From assembly GCA_028276345.1 (NCBI GenBank), contig JAPYWM010000001.1, positions 1 to 45,594 of the forward strand: DNA of 45,594 bases, given 5' to 3'. Below, in pieces: positions 17,090 to 25,282 of this stretch (positions are counted from its first letter, which is position 1; every line of letters starts with the position of its first letter). Source of the stretch: Sphingobacterium sp. Its GTDB lineage: Bacteria > Bacteroidota > Bacteroidia > SpSt-205. Both the position numbers and the translations under genes were made by a program. The notes under the pieces are model-generated. The model did not search any database. It was not told the DNA's origin and saw only the letters and a program-made list of their open reading frames with translations.

Positions 17090-18084
17090 AAGAGCCTCTT
17101 CTGGTGCCCACGGACAAAGGTTTGTATGTACCGCCGGGGGATTTTTATATTGATCCCATTCGGCGGGTGCCGCGGGCGGTGATTACGCATGCGCATAGTG
17201 ATCATGCGCGGCGGGGAAGTAGGGTGTATCTGTGCAGTATGTCGACGGTGCCGCTTCTGCGGGGACGACTGGGCAATGTCGCCGTTCAGTCCCTCCCCTG
17301 GGGCGAAAAACTCACCATCGGCGAAGTGCAGGTGAGCTTTCATCCGGCTGGACACATTCTGGGCTCGGCACAGATTCGCTTAGAATACCGGGGCTATGTG
17401 ATGCTGGTGACGGGGGACTTCAAATGCGATGCGGACCCCACTGCGGAGGCTTGGGAGGCCGTCCAGGCCCATGCGGTCTTGTCGGAATGCACTTTTGGCC
17501 TGCCTGTCTACCGATGGCCTGACCCGGTGGGAGTCATAGCTGAGATAGCTGCCTGGTGGGAGGCCTGCCAGCGAAAGAAGTATCGGGCTATTTTTCTGGC
17601 GTACTCGCTGGGGAAGGCCCAGCGGATTTTGGCGAGCCTGCCCGACCTCGGGCCCCGCTATGTGCATCCGAGTGTCGTCCGGATGAATCAGGCGTATGAG
17701 GCGCAGGGGATTCGGCTGGGCCGCTGGCAGCCCCTCCCGAAAGACGGCCAGGTAGAAGCGGGGGCCTTTATTCTTTTGCCGCCGCAGGTGAGGCCAGAGC
17801 GTCTACAGGCCTTTGCCCCCTACGAAGTGGCGGAGGCTTCAGGCTGGCTGCTCCTGCGCAAACACCGCCGCACCCCCGCTCTCCATCAGGCATTCGTGCT
17901 GTCTGACCACGCTGACTTTTACCAGCTTGTTCGGTGTCTGGAAGCTACTGGCGCCGAGCGCTTTTACTTCACGCACGGCTACCGAGAAGCGATGCAGACT
18001 TACTTTGCGGCGAAAGGCTATGCGAGCTACGTCTGGCCCGATGGGTATTCGGACCGTCGCACCCTCTTTGCGGGTGCTCCTTAG
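17086..18084 (+). CDS. MBL-fold exonuclease of the ligase-associated DNA damage response type
   Basis: N-terminus LLVPTDKGLYVPPGDFYIDPIRRVPRAVITHAHSDHARRGS matches my recollection of the ligase-associated exonuclease family, including the HxHxDH metal motif. ATGA overlap with the upstream gene. Confidence 0.65.
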   Translation: MKEPLLVPTDKGLYVPPGDFYIDPIRRVPRAVITHAHSDHARRGSRVYLCSMSTVPLLRGRLGNVAVQSLPWGEKLTIGEVQVSFHPAGHILGSAQIRLEYRGYVMLVTGDFKCDADPTAEAWEAVQAHAVLSECTFGLPVYRWPDPVGVIAEIAAWWEACQRKKYRAIFLAYSLGKAQRILASLPDLGPRYVHPSVVRMNQAYEAQGIRLGRWQPLPKDGQVEAGAFILLPPQVRPERLQAFAPYEVAEASGWLLLRKHRRTPALHQAFVLSDHADFYQLVRCLEATGAERFYFTHGYREAMQTYFAAKGYASYVWPDGYSDRRTLFAGAP

Positions 18085-19090
18085 CCGGACGGACCGGCTG
18101 GGGGACCTCCTCCTCACTTTGCCCATGGCAAACCTCCTTTCGCAAGCGCGCCCTGACCTGGAAATAGTCTTTCTGGTACAGCGGTATGCGGCGCCCCTCT
18201 TGGGGCACCATGACCCGCCTTACCCCGCCTGGATAGTGGAGGATAAACCCCCGCTTTCGTCGGTGCAGGCTATCATACATGTGTATCCGCGCTTTTCGCT
18301 GGCATGGCGGGCGTTTCGGGCGGGGATTCCCCGGCGTATCGGGACCAGCCGCCGATGGTATCACTGGCTCTTTTGCAACGAACGTCCTTCTGTTTCCCGT
18401 CGGTATAGCTTCCTCCATGAGAGCCTTCTGAACTTGCGTTTGCTTCTGCCGCTGCTACCTGCGTCCTGGCAGGAGCGGGTGCTAAGCATGAAGCAGGAAG
18501 AGCTTCTTTCGTATCGGGCGCGGCTGGTGCCGCAGGCGGCTTTACCGGAGGCTATTGCGGAGCCCCTAAGGCGGGCCTCTTTGCGCATCGCCCTGCATGT
18601 GGGCGGAAAAGGCGGTGCGCCGGCATGGCCAACCTCCAGCTGGGTGGCCCTTGTAGAAATCTTACGCCGCCGTTATCCCGAAGCACTCTTTAGCTTCACT
18701 GGGAGCCCTGAGGAGAAGCCACGCATAGACCCTGTGGCGGCGGTTCTGCCGAGGGAGCGGGTCCTGCGTACAGAAGGCCTCCTTTCCCTGCCGGAGCTGA
18801 TAACCTTTCTCTCGCAGGTGGATGTGCTGATAAGCGGTTCTACGGGGCCGCTTCACATAGCGGCGGCGCTGGATGTACCGGTGGTGGGGGTGTTTCCGGC
18901 GACGGCAGCCATGGGTCCTTGGCGTTGGGCGCCGCTGTCTCCCTATGCGACGGTTTTCGCTAAGGGGGAAGTCTGCGCCCGCTGTACGTATCCGCCCCGT
19001 GCTTGTTTATGCTTAGCGGGGATAGAGGCCTTGCGGCTCGCGGAGGCGATTCCGGCGGCGCTCCAGCGTAAAGGCGCCGAGCTGCGATAG
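18041..19090 (+). CDS. Glycosyltransferase family 9 (heptosyltransferase-like)
   Basis: LLSRTDRLGDLLLTLPMANLL (the GT9 RLGDxxxxxP motif) and the C-terminal GSTGPLHIAAALDVPVVGVF. The start is uncertain: ATG at 18041 (44-nt overlap) or GTG at 18074 (11-nt overlap). Confidence 0.7.
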   Translation: MGIRTVAPSLRVLLSRTDRLGDLLLTLPMANLLSQARPDLEIVFLVQRYAAPLLGHHDPPYPAWIVEDKPPLSSVQAIIHVYPRFSLAWRAFRAGIPRRIGTSRRWYHWLFCNERPSVSRRYSFLHESLLNLRLLLPLLPASWQERVLSMKQEELLSYRARLVPQAALPEAIAEPLRRASLRIALHVGGKGGAPAWPTSSWVALVEILRRRYPEALFSFTGSPEEKPRIDPVAAVLPRERVLRTEGLLSLPELITFLSQVDVLISGSTGPLHIAAALDVPVVGVFPATAAMGPWRWAPLSPYATVFAKGEVCARCTYPPRACLCLAGIEALRLAEAIPAALQRKGAELR

Positions 19091-20890
19091 GAGCCATAAG
19101 CGCGTGCCCAGTTCCTCCCGCCCTCGGTCATATTGGCGCCAGAGGTTTTTTATCAGCGTGGGGGAAAGGCCCCATTCGTTCTCCAAGAGCTTGCTATCGG
19201 TCATGGTGTGTATCCAGTCTCGGAGAGGGCCCTTACGCATCCATACCCGCAGGGGTAAAGCGAAGCCCCACTTAGGCCGTTCTACCAGCGATGCTGGGAG
19301 GAATTCGCGCAGGATAGCACGCAGGAGAGGCTTGTATTGGGGGATGGCACTGCCTGTAGGGTACTTGTAGTGCACGGGAAGGCGCCAGGCGAGCTCTACC
19401 ACCCCACGGTCTAAGAGGGGTACTCGCACTTCCAGGCTATGCTGCATAGAGGCGCGGTCTACCTTCATCAGGAGGTCTTCGGGCAGGTAGTACAAAAACT
19501 CCCAGGCGGCTTGGGCGAGGAAGGCGTCTGCGGGGAGGCGGTCTCGCTGGAAGAGCCACTTGACTTCTGGCCGATGGGTTAGGCCCATGGCTTCTACTTC
19601 TCCCCAGCTGAAAGCCTCCTGTTCCTGCGAGAAGAGGTGGCTCTGGAAGGTGAGGGCGGGCTTTCTGAGGAGCTGGAGGAGGCGTTTGGCCTTGCGGCCG
19701 GGCAGATAAGGGACAAGGTGCACGGTGCCCGGAGGGACGAAGGGGTAGAGGGGTTGGAGCCGCCGGGCCAGTTCATAGCGCCGATACCCCCCAAAGAGTT
19801 CGTCGCCCCCATCGCCGGCTAAGACGACCTTGACCCGGGAAGCTGCCAGCTGCGAGACGAGATAGGTCGGCACGGCCGAATAGTCCCCAAAGGGTTCATC
19901 GTACCAGCGGGGCATTTCCATGAGGAGGGGGAGGGCCTCCTCTACGGACAGGACGGCTTTTTCCAGGGGGATACCCAGAGCTTGGCTGACGCCTTCGGCG
20001 TAGGGCAGTTCGTTGTACTTTTCCTCGGCGAAGCCAATCGCAAAAGCTTGGATGTCCTGGCCCGCTTCTTTGGCGAAGGCGGCCACGAGCGAGGAGTCTG
20101 TCCCCCCGCTTAGGAATAGGCCTACGGGCACATCACTCACGAGGTGCGATCGGACAGCTTGGCGGAGGGTTTCTTTTACGGCCTGTTGGGCTTCCTCCCA
20201 GGAGAGCGTGAGGGGTTCTTTTTGCCAGAGGTGGGTTCGGTCGTAGTAGAGGCGTTTGACGAGGCCTTTTGGGGTGATGGTCCACATTTCGCCGGGGCGG
20301 ACTTTGTAGACGCCCTTATAGGGGGAGAGGGGGGCGGGGATGAAGCCGAGGTGCAGGTAGAGGGCGATGGCCAGCGGCTCTGGGATGAGGTCTGGCAGCC
20401 AGGCTTGGAGGACCTTCAGCTCGGAGGCAAAGTAGACGCCTTCGGGCCGCTGCGCTACATAGAGGGGCTTGATGCCAGAAGGGTCTCGGACCAGGAGGCA
20501 CTTCTCTGACGTTTCATCATACAGGGCAAAGGCGAACATTCCCCGGAGATGTTTGGGGAGGTCTTCGCCATACTGGCGGTAGGCCCAGAGGATGACCTCG
20601 GTGTCGCTGCGGGTATGGAGGGGGTAGCGGTTTTCTTTGGCGAGCGTCTGGAAGTTGTAGATTTCGCCGTTGTAGACGAGGTGGAGGCTATGGAGGTGGA
20701 AGGGCTGGTGGGCGGCTTCGCTGAGGTCCAGGATGCTGAGGCGGGTGTGAGATAAACCTACCCGGCCGTTAGGGGCTATCCAGGTGCCCTGGGCATCCGG
20801 CCCTCGATGGGCGAGTAGACTACACGCCTGAGGGAGGGGAGGCTTTTCCCGGGTGGTCTCCCACAGATAATATCCCGCCAGCCCGCACAT
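19013..20890 (-). CDS. asnB: Asparagine synthase (glutamine-hydrolysing)
   Basis: MCGLAGYY N-terminal nucleophile Cys2, the LSGGTDSS PP-loop, and a length of 625 aa. Confidence 0.9.
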   Translation of the reverse strand: MCGLAGYYLWETTREKPPLPQACSLLAHRGPDAQGTWIAPNGRVGLSHTRLSILDLSEAAHQPFHLHSLHLVYNGEIYNFQTLAKENRYPLHTRSDTEVILWAYRQYGEDLPKHLRGMFAFALYDETSEKCLLVRDPSGIKPLYVAQRPEGVYFASELKVLQAWLPDLIPEPLAIALYLHLGFIPAPLSPYKGVYKVRPGEMWTITPKGLVKRLYYDRTHLWQKEPLTLSWEEAQQAVKETLRQAVRSHLVSDVPVGLFLSGGTDSSLVAAFAKEAGQDIQAFAIGFAEEKYNELPYAEGVSQALGIPLEKAVLSVEEALPLLMEMPRWYDEPFGDYSAVPTYLVSQLAASRVKVVLAGDGGDELFGGYRRYELARRLQPLYPFVPPGTVHLVPYLPGRKAKRLLQLLRKPALTFQSHLFSQEQEAFSWGEVEAMGLTHRPEVKWLFQRDRLPADAFLAQAAWEFLYYLPEDLLMKVDRASMQHSLEVRVPLLDRGVVELAWRLPVHYKYPTGSAIPQYKPLLRAILREFLPASLVERPKWGFALPLRVWMRKGPLRDWIHTMTDSKLLENEWGLSPTLIKNLWRQYDRGREELGTRLWLLSQLGAFTLERRRNRLREPQGLYPR

Positions 20891-20901
20891 GTCGGGCGGG
20901 G

Positions 20902-22191
20902 TTATTTATCGGCTTCGCCGAGGACGGGGTCTACAGACCCGATGAGGAGCACAGCGTCGGAGACCATCGCCCCTTCCAGAAGCTTTTCCAACACCTGGAT
21001 GTTGGCGAAGGAGGGGGATTTGATTTTGACTCGCCACGGGATGCCCGTCCCATCTGAGTAGATGTAGAAGCCGAGTTCGCCCTTAGGGGCTTCGATGGCG
21101 TGGTAGACTTCTACGCCGGCGGGTGCGCGCGGCCCCGTGTCCGTCATCATGAAGTCATGGATCATGCCCTCCATGGAGAAGTACACTTCGTCTTTGGAGG
21201 GGTAGGCGTACTTGGCGTTGTCTAAGCGGATAGGGCCTTTGGGGAGTTTCGCCAAAAGCTGTTCAATAATGCGGGCACTCTGTTCCATTTCTGCCATGCG
21301 GACGTGGTAGCGGGCGAGGATATCGCCTTCGGTTCGTACCGGCACCTCAAAGTCCACATCGTTATAGACCAGGTAGGGTTCGTAGAGGCGCACATCGTAG
21401 GGCACGCCGGAGGCCCGGAGGTTTGGTCCGGTGAAGCCATAAGCGATGGCGTCTTCTTTGGAGATGACGCCCACGCCTTCGACCCGGCGGAGGAAGATTG
21501 GATTTTTATCGAGGAGGCGGCGCCAGTCTTTGAGCTCTTTGTAGAAGCCGGTGATGAAGCTTTTGATCATGCTGATTGTTTCGTCGGTGATGTCGTATTG
21601 CACGCCGCCGATCCGGGCATGGCTTACGGTGAAGCGCACGCCAGCCAGTTTGTCAAAGATGCTATAGATTTTCTCTCTTTCCCGGAAGGTCCAGAGGAAC
21701 ATAGAGACGGCGCCGGCATCCATGACCATTGTTCCCAGCCACAGGAGGTGGGAGGAGATACGGGCGAGTTCGGCGGCGATGGTGCGGATGTACTGGGCTC
21801 GGGGTGGGGCTTGGATTTGGAGGAGCTTTTCTACGGCGAGGCACCAGGCGACGTTATTGGAGTAGGGGGAGAGGTAATCCATGCGGTCGGTGTAGGGCAT
21901 GAACTCCTGGGGGGTTTTGTATTCGGCGATTTTCTCGATGCCCCGGTGGAGATAGCCGATGTCTATGACGGCTTTGACGATTTTTTCGCCATCTAAGAGG
22001 AGTACGGCTCGGAGGACGCCGTGGGTAGCGGGATGTTGCGGCCCCATGTTGAGGACGACTCGGGTGGCGAGCGGGTCGCTCTCGTCAATCTCTACGTGGG
22101 TGTGTTTGTCCTCGAGGCGCTTGTAGAGGGCTTTTTGGTGCTCGGGCCAGAACTCCAGTCGCGCCTGATCGGCCAGGCTGAGCTTTTCCAT
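20902..22191 (-). CDS. nuoD: NADH-quinone oxidoreductase subunit D
   Basis: NMGPQHPATHGVLR signature and the C-terminal IGSVDPVLGEADK. The stop lies 11 nt upstream of the asnB start. Confidence 0.9.
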   Translation of the reverse strand: MEKLSLADQARLEFWPEHQKALYKRLEDKHTHVEIDESDPLATRVVLNMGPQHPATHGVLRAVLLLDGEKIVKAVIDIGYLHRGIEKIAEYKTPQEFMPYTDRMDYLSPYSNNVAWCLAVEKLLQIQAPPRAQYIRTIAAELARISSHLLWLGTMVMDAGAVSMFLWTFREREKIYSIFDKLAGVRFTVSHARIGGVQYDITDETISMIKSFITGFYKELKDWRRLLDKNPIFLRRVEGVGVISKEDAIAYGFTGPNLRASGVPYDVRLYEPYLVYNDVDFEVPVRTEGDILARYHVRMAEMEQSARIIEQLLAKLPKGPIRLDNAKYAYPSKDEVYFSMEGMIHDFMMTDTGPRAPAGVEVYHAIEAPKGELGFYIYSDGTGIPWRVKIKSPSFANIQVLEKLLEGAMVSDAVLLIGSVDPVLGEADK

Positions 22192-22437
22192 AGTGCGAAG
22201 ATAATGAACATATTAGAGCGGGGCGTGGTGTTGTGGGATAGCTGCTGGCGGCGGAGGAAGGGGCGATCACCACAGAGCGGACCGAGGGCACGGAGGGATC
22301 CCGGTGCGCGCGGCGCGACGTGCTTTGGGATGATAGGGCGCCGCGCGGCATGGGGAAATGCCCCGGCTACGTTGCTTGCTGTATATTTATCGTAGCCTCC
22401 CGGCCTGACTACCCGTCAGCTCCCCCGCCTTCTGCTT

Positions 22438-22445
22438 TATCTTTG
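22438..22445 (+). promoter_or_regulatory. -7 box TATCTTTG, 4 nt upstream of the ATG at 22450
   Basis: Exact TAnnTTTG match. Confidence 0.5.
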
Positions 22446-22449
22446 TCAC

Positions 22450-23529
22450 ATGGTGCTCAGACGTCCCCTGCTTTACAGTTTATGGCTGATCACGGCCTGT
22501 GCGCAGAAGCCTCCTGCTGCTTCTGAGAACTCTGCCAAGCCCCGGCCGCTTCATTACCCGCAGGAGAAGCACCTCCGAAATGTCCGGCAGCTCACTTTCG
22601 GCGGCAATAACGCCGAGGGATACTTTGACCCAACGGGGCGCTATATTGTCTTTCAGAGCGACTGGGAGGCTATCAATCCCCAAGGGTGCGACCAGATATT
22701 CCTGCTGGACCTTTTAGATAATCCTCCCAAATACCGCCGCATCTCTACGGGGAAGGGCCGGACTACCTGTTCTTACTTTCTGAAGGATGGGCGCATTATA
22801 TACGCGTCTACACATGGGGTTTCTGACTCTTGTCCCCGGCCGCCGGCGTACAAGGGGCGGTACGTCTGGCCTCTTTACGAATACGATCTGTATCTCTACG
22901 ATCCGCGGACGGATAGTCTGCGGGCCTTTTTGCCGGCGCGGGGCTATGATGCGGAAGCTACCGTCTCGCCGGATGGACGCTATCTGGTTTTCACCTCTTT
23001 GCGGGGGGGAGACCTGGATTTGTGGCTGTATGACTTTGAGACGCAGACGCTACGGCAGCTAACCAGCGAACTCGGGTATGATGGGGGGGCCTTCTTTGGG
23101 CCGGACTCCAAAACGATCGTTTGGCGGGCCAGCCGCCCCCAGGGCGAAGCTATCCAGAGTTATAAAGCCCTCCTCGCCCAGAACCTCGTCGAGCCTACCA
23201 ACCTCCAGATTTTCGTCATGCATATTGACTCCATGGTTCCGCATCAAGTGACGCACCTACCCGGCGCCAACTGGGCACCGTACTTCCACCCTAATGGCCG
23301 CACGATTCTTTTCTCTACTAATCATCACAGCTTAGATAAGGGCGGGCGGGTGTTTAATATTTTTGCGATTGAGCGGGATGGCACAGGCCTCCGGCAGATC
23401 ACGTTTGATTCGGAGTTTGATGCTTTCCCCATGTTTTCGCCGGATGGGAAAAAGCTCATCTGGGCCAGTAATCGCGCTGGTCAGAAGCCCCGCGAAACCA
23501 ATCTTTTTATTGCTGATTGGGTGGAATGA
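22450..23529 (+). CDS. TolB-like / PD40 beta-propeller lipoprotein
   Basis: Lipoprotein signal MVLRRPLLYSLWLITAC. Repeated PD40-like units (SPDGRYLVFTS, FSPDGKKLIWASNR). Confidence 0.65.
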   Translation: MVLRRPLLYSLWLITACAQKPPAASENSAKPRPLHYPQEKHLRNVRQLTFGGNNAEGYFDPTGRYIVFQSDWEAINPQGCDQIFLLDLLDNPPKYRRISTGKGRTTCSYFLKDGRIIYASTHGVSDSCPRPPAYKGRYVWPLYEYDLYLYDPRTDSLRAFLPARGYDAEATVSPDGRYLVFTSLRGGDLDLWLYDFETQTLRQLTSELGYDGGAFFGPDSKTIVWRASRPQGEAIQSYKALLAQNLVEPTNLQIFVMHIDSMVPHQVTHLPGANWAPYFHPNGRTILFSTNHHSLDKGGRVFNIFAIERDGTGLRQITFDSEFDAFPMFSPDGKKLIWASNRAGQKPRETNLFIADWVE

Positions 23530-24395
23530 GGGCATTCCTTCTGCTTTTGGCCTTTATGCCCGTGACGGAGGCGCCTATGGGTACTTTTTCTCCTCGTGAG
23601 GAGAAGGGCTTGGTAGCTTATAGTATTCCGCTCCGGGTCGTAGGGGCTTCTTTGCAGGAGGCGGAGAGTTTGGTTCGGGTGCAGGTGGGGATGGGGTGGG
23701 GGACGTGGGTGCGGCAGGTAGCAAAGGGCTGGGTGGGACGGCCGTATGGGAGTGGCGGGCAAGGTATGGGGCCGCAGGAGCTTTTGGTCAACCTCCGGCA
23801 GATGGACTGCATGACAGCGGTAGAAAACCTTCTGGCGCTGCGGATAGCCGGGGCGTGGTATCAGGAGGGGCTTCTTTCGCCGGAGAAGGCTTTCGTGCAG
23901 GCCCTTTTGCGGGTGCGCTATGAGAGCTACCCGCCCTGCCGCTGGGAAGACCGGTATCATTATCTGACGCATGCTTTTATGGGCTGGGAGGAAGCTGGGT
24001 GGGGGAGCTGGCTGCCTATTGGGCGGCCAGATGCCCGCACTATCGCCTATGTCTCTCGCCACCGGGAGCGTTATAAGGGCTTTACCGACTGGAAGCGCAT
24101 CCAGCAGATTGAGAAGCGTCTTTCCGTCCGGCCCCGTTTCTGGATACCCGAAGCCGAGCTGGGTGCGTGGCTTCCCCTCCTGCGAGATGGGGATATTATT
24201 GCCTTCATTCCGTCGGACTCGCTCCTGGATGTGTCGCATGTGGGGGTGTTTTTTTGGGAGGGGGACAAGGCCACCTTTGCGCATGCTTCTCTCGCGGCGC
24301 ACAAGTGGGTCTGGGGCGAAGACCTCTGCGCCTATCTGGACCACCGGGAAAAGGTGATCGGCATCACGGTTTTTCGGCCGTTTGGGCAGCTTTGA
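23526..24395 (+). CDS. DUF1460 / N-acetylmuramoyl-L-alanine amidase-like protein
   Basis: Signal peptide, then the MDCMTAVENLLALR, GDIIAFIPSDSLLDVSHVGVF and FAHAS motifs, recalled from the DUF1460 family. ATGA overlap with the upstream gene. Confidence 0.5.
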   Translation: MRAFLLLLAFMPVTEAPMGTFSPREEKGLVAYSIPLRVVGASLQEAESLVRVQVGMGWGTWVRQVAKGWVGRPYGSGGQGMGPQELLVNLRQMDCMTAVENLLALRIAGAWYQEGLLSPEKAFVQALLRVRYESYPPCRWEDRYHYLTHAFMGWEEAGWGSWLPIGRPDARTIAYVSRHRERYKGFTDWKRIQQIEKRLSVRPRFWIPEAELGAWLPLLRDGDIIAFIPSDSLLDVSHVGVFFWEGDKATFAHASLAAHKWVWGEDLCAYLDHREKVIGITVFRPFGQL

Positions 24396-25282
24396 TGCGG
24401 TATCTCATTCAGGTAGCGTATGAGGGGGCGGCCTATGTGGGCTGGCAGCGGCAGGGGGGTATGTCTACCGTCGCGGGGGCTTTAGAGGCCGCCCTTTCTA
24501 AGCTGCTGGCACATCCGATAGAAGTGGTAGGCGCCGGCCGTACCGATCGGGGCGTGCATGCTACGGGACAATATGCCCACTGGGATACCGAGAAGCCGTT
24601 ACCCACTCCTTTCCTTCCTCGCCTCAATGCGCTTTTACCCGAGGACATCCGAGTTTCAGCGCTTTTTCAGGTAGGTGATACCTTTCATGCGCGTCATTCG
24701 GCGCTGTCCCGGCATTATCGCTACTTTCTCGGTCAGAATATCCCCCTTTTCTGGCGGCGATATGTATATGAGGTGGCGCAGCTCCCGTCCTTAGAACGCC
24801 TTAGGGAAGCGGCAGGGCTCTGGATAGGCGAAAAAGACTTTGGGGCTTTTTGCAAGGGGGCTAAGGCTTATGCGCACACCACCTGCCGTATATATCGGGC
24901 AAGCTGGTCGAAGCGGGATTATCCCAATGGTGCCATGCTGCTCGTGTTTGATGTGGAGGCGAATCGGTTTTTACATGGTATGGTGCGGTTTCTGGTGGGG
25001 GCCAGCCTGCGGTATGCCATGGGCCGCCTTACCTATGAGAGGCTGCTGTCGGCGATAGAAATGGCCGACCGCCGCTGGGGCCTCTGGGAGGCGCCTGCCC
25101 AGGGCCTTTTTCTGTATGCGGTGCAGTATCCGTCGGAGGCATTATATTTGCTGGAACGTTATGGACCATCTTCGGCAGAGCCTTTCCCAGCGCCAGACCC
25201 TTCGCCAGGTGCAGAATCTGCGCCAGATTCAGGTGGCGCGCCTTCTGGAGCTGCCAGCTCAGGACTTAGACCAGCACATTGA
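24395..25282 (+). CDS. truA: tRNA pseudouridine(38-40) synthase
   Basis: MRYLIQVAYEGAAYVGWQRQ and GAGRTDRGVHATGQ (catalytic Asp). The start shares one base with the upstream stop (TGATG). The C-terminal tail runs 122 nt into rpoN. Confidence 0.85.
   Translation: MRYLIQVAYEGAAYVGWQRQGGMSTVAGALEAALSKLLAHPIEVVGAGRTDRGVHATGQYAHWDTEKPLPTPFLPRLNALLPEDIRVSALFQVGDTFHARHSALSRHYRYFLGQNIPLFWRRYVYEVAQLPSLERLREAAGLWIGEKDFGAFCKGAKAYAHTTCRIYRASWSKRDYPNGAMLLVFDVEANRFLHGMVRFLVGASLRYAMGRLTYERLLSAIEMADRRWGLWEAPAQGLFLYAVQYPSEALYLLERYGPSSAEPFPAPDPSPGAESAPDSGGAPSGAASSGLRPAH

Noticed and set aside
22200-22215. An AT-rich GATAATGAACATATTA just upstream of nuoD that resembles half of a Fur box. A Fur-family gene is in the window.
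   Set aside because: Only about 11 of 19 positions match the enterobacterial consensus, and there is no dyad symmetry. The same bases are better explained as the nuoD -7 region (TATCTTCG).
22307-22348. A 10-bp GC stem (CGCGCGGCGC / GCGCCGCGCG) with a 22-nt loop in the nuoD / TolB-like divergent spacer. It was considered as a riboswitch, attenuator or small RNA.
   Set aside because: It lies upstream of both putative -7 boxes, so it is probably not transcribed with either gene. It has no flanking conserved motif or T-tract. CG-repeat palindromes are expected at this GC content. It might still be a protein-binding site, but I cannot support that.
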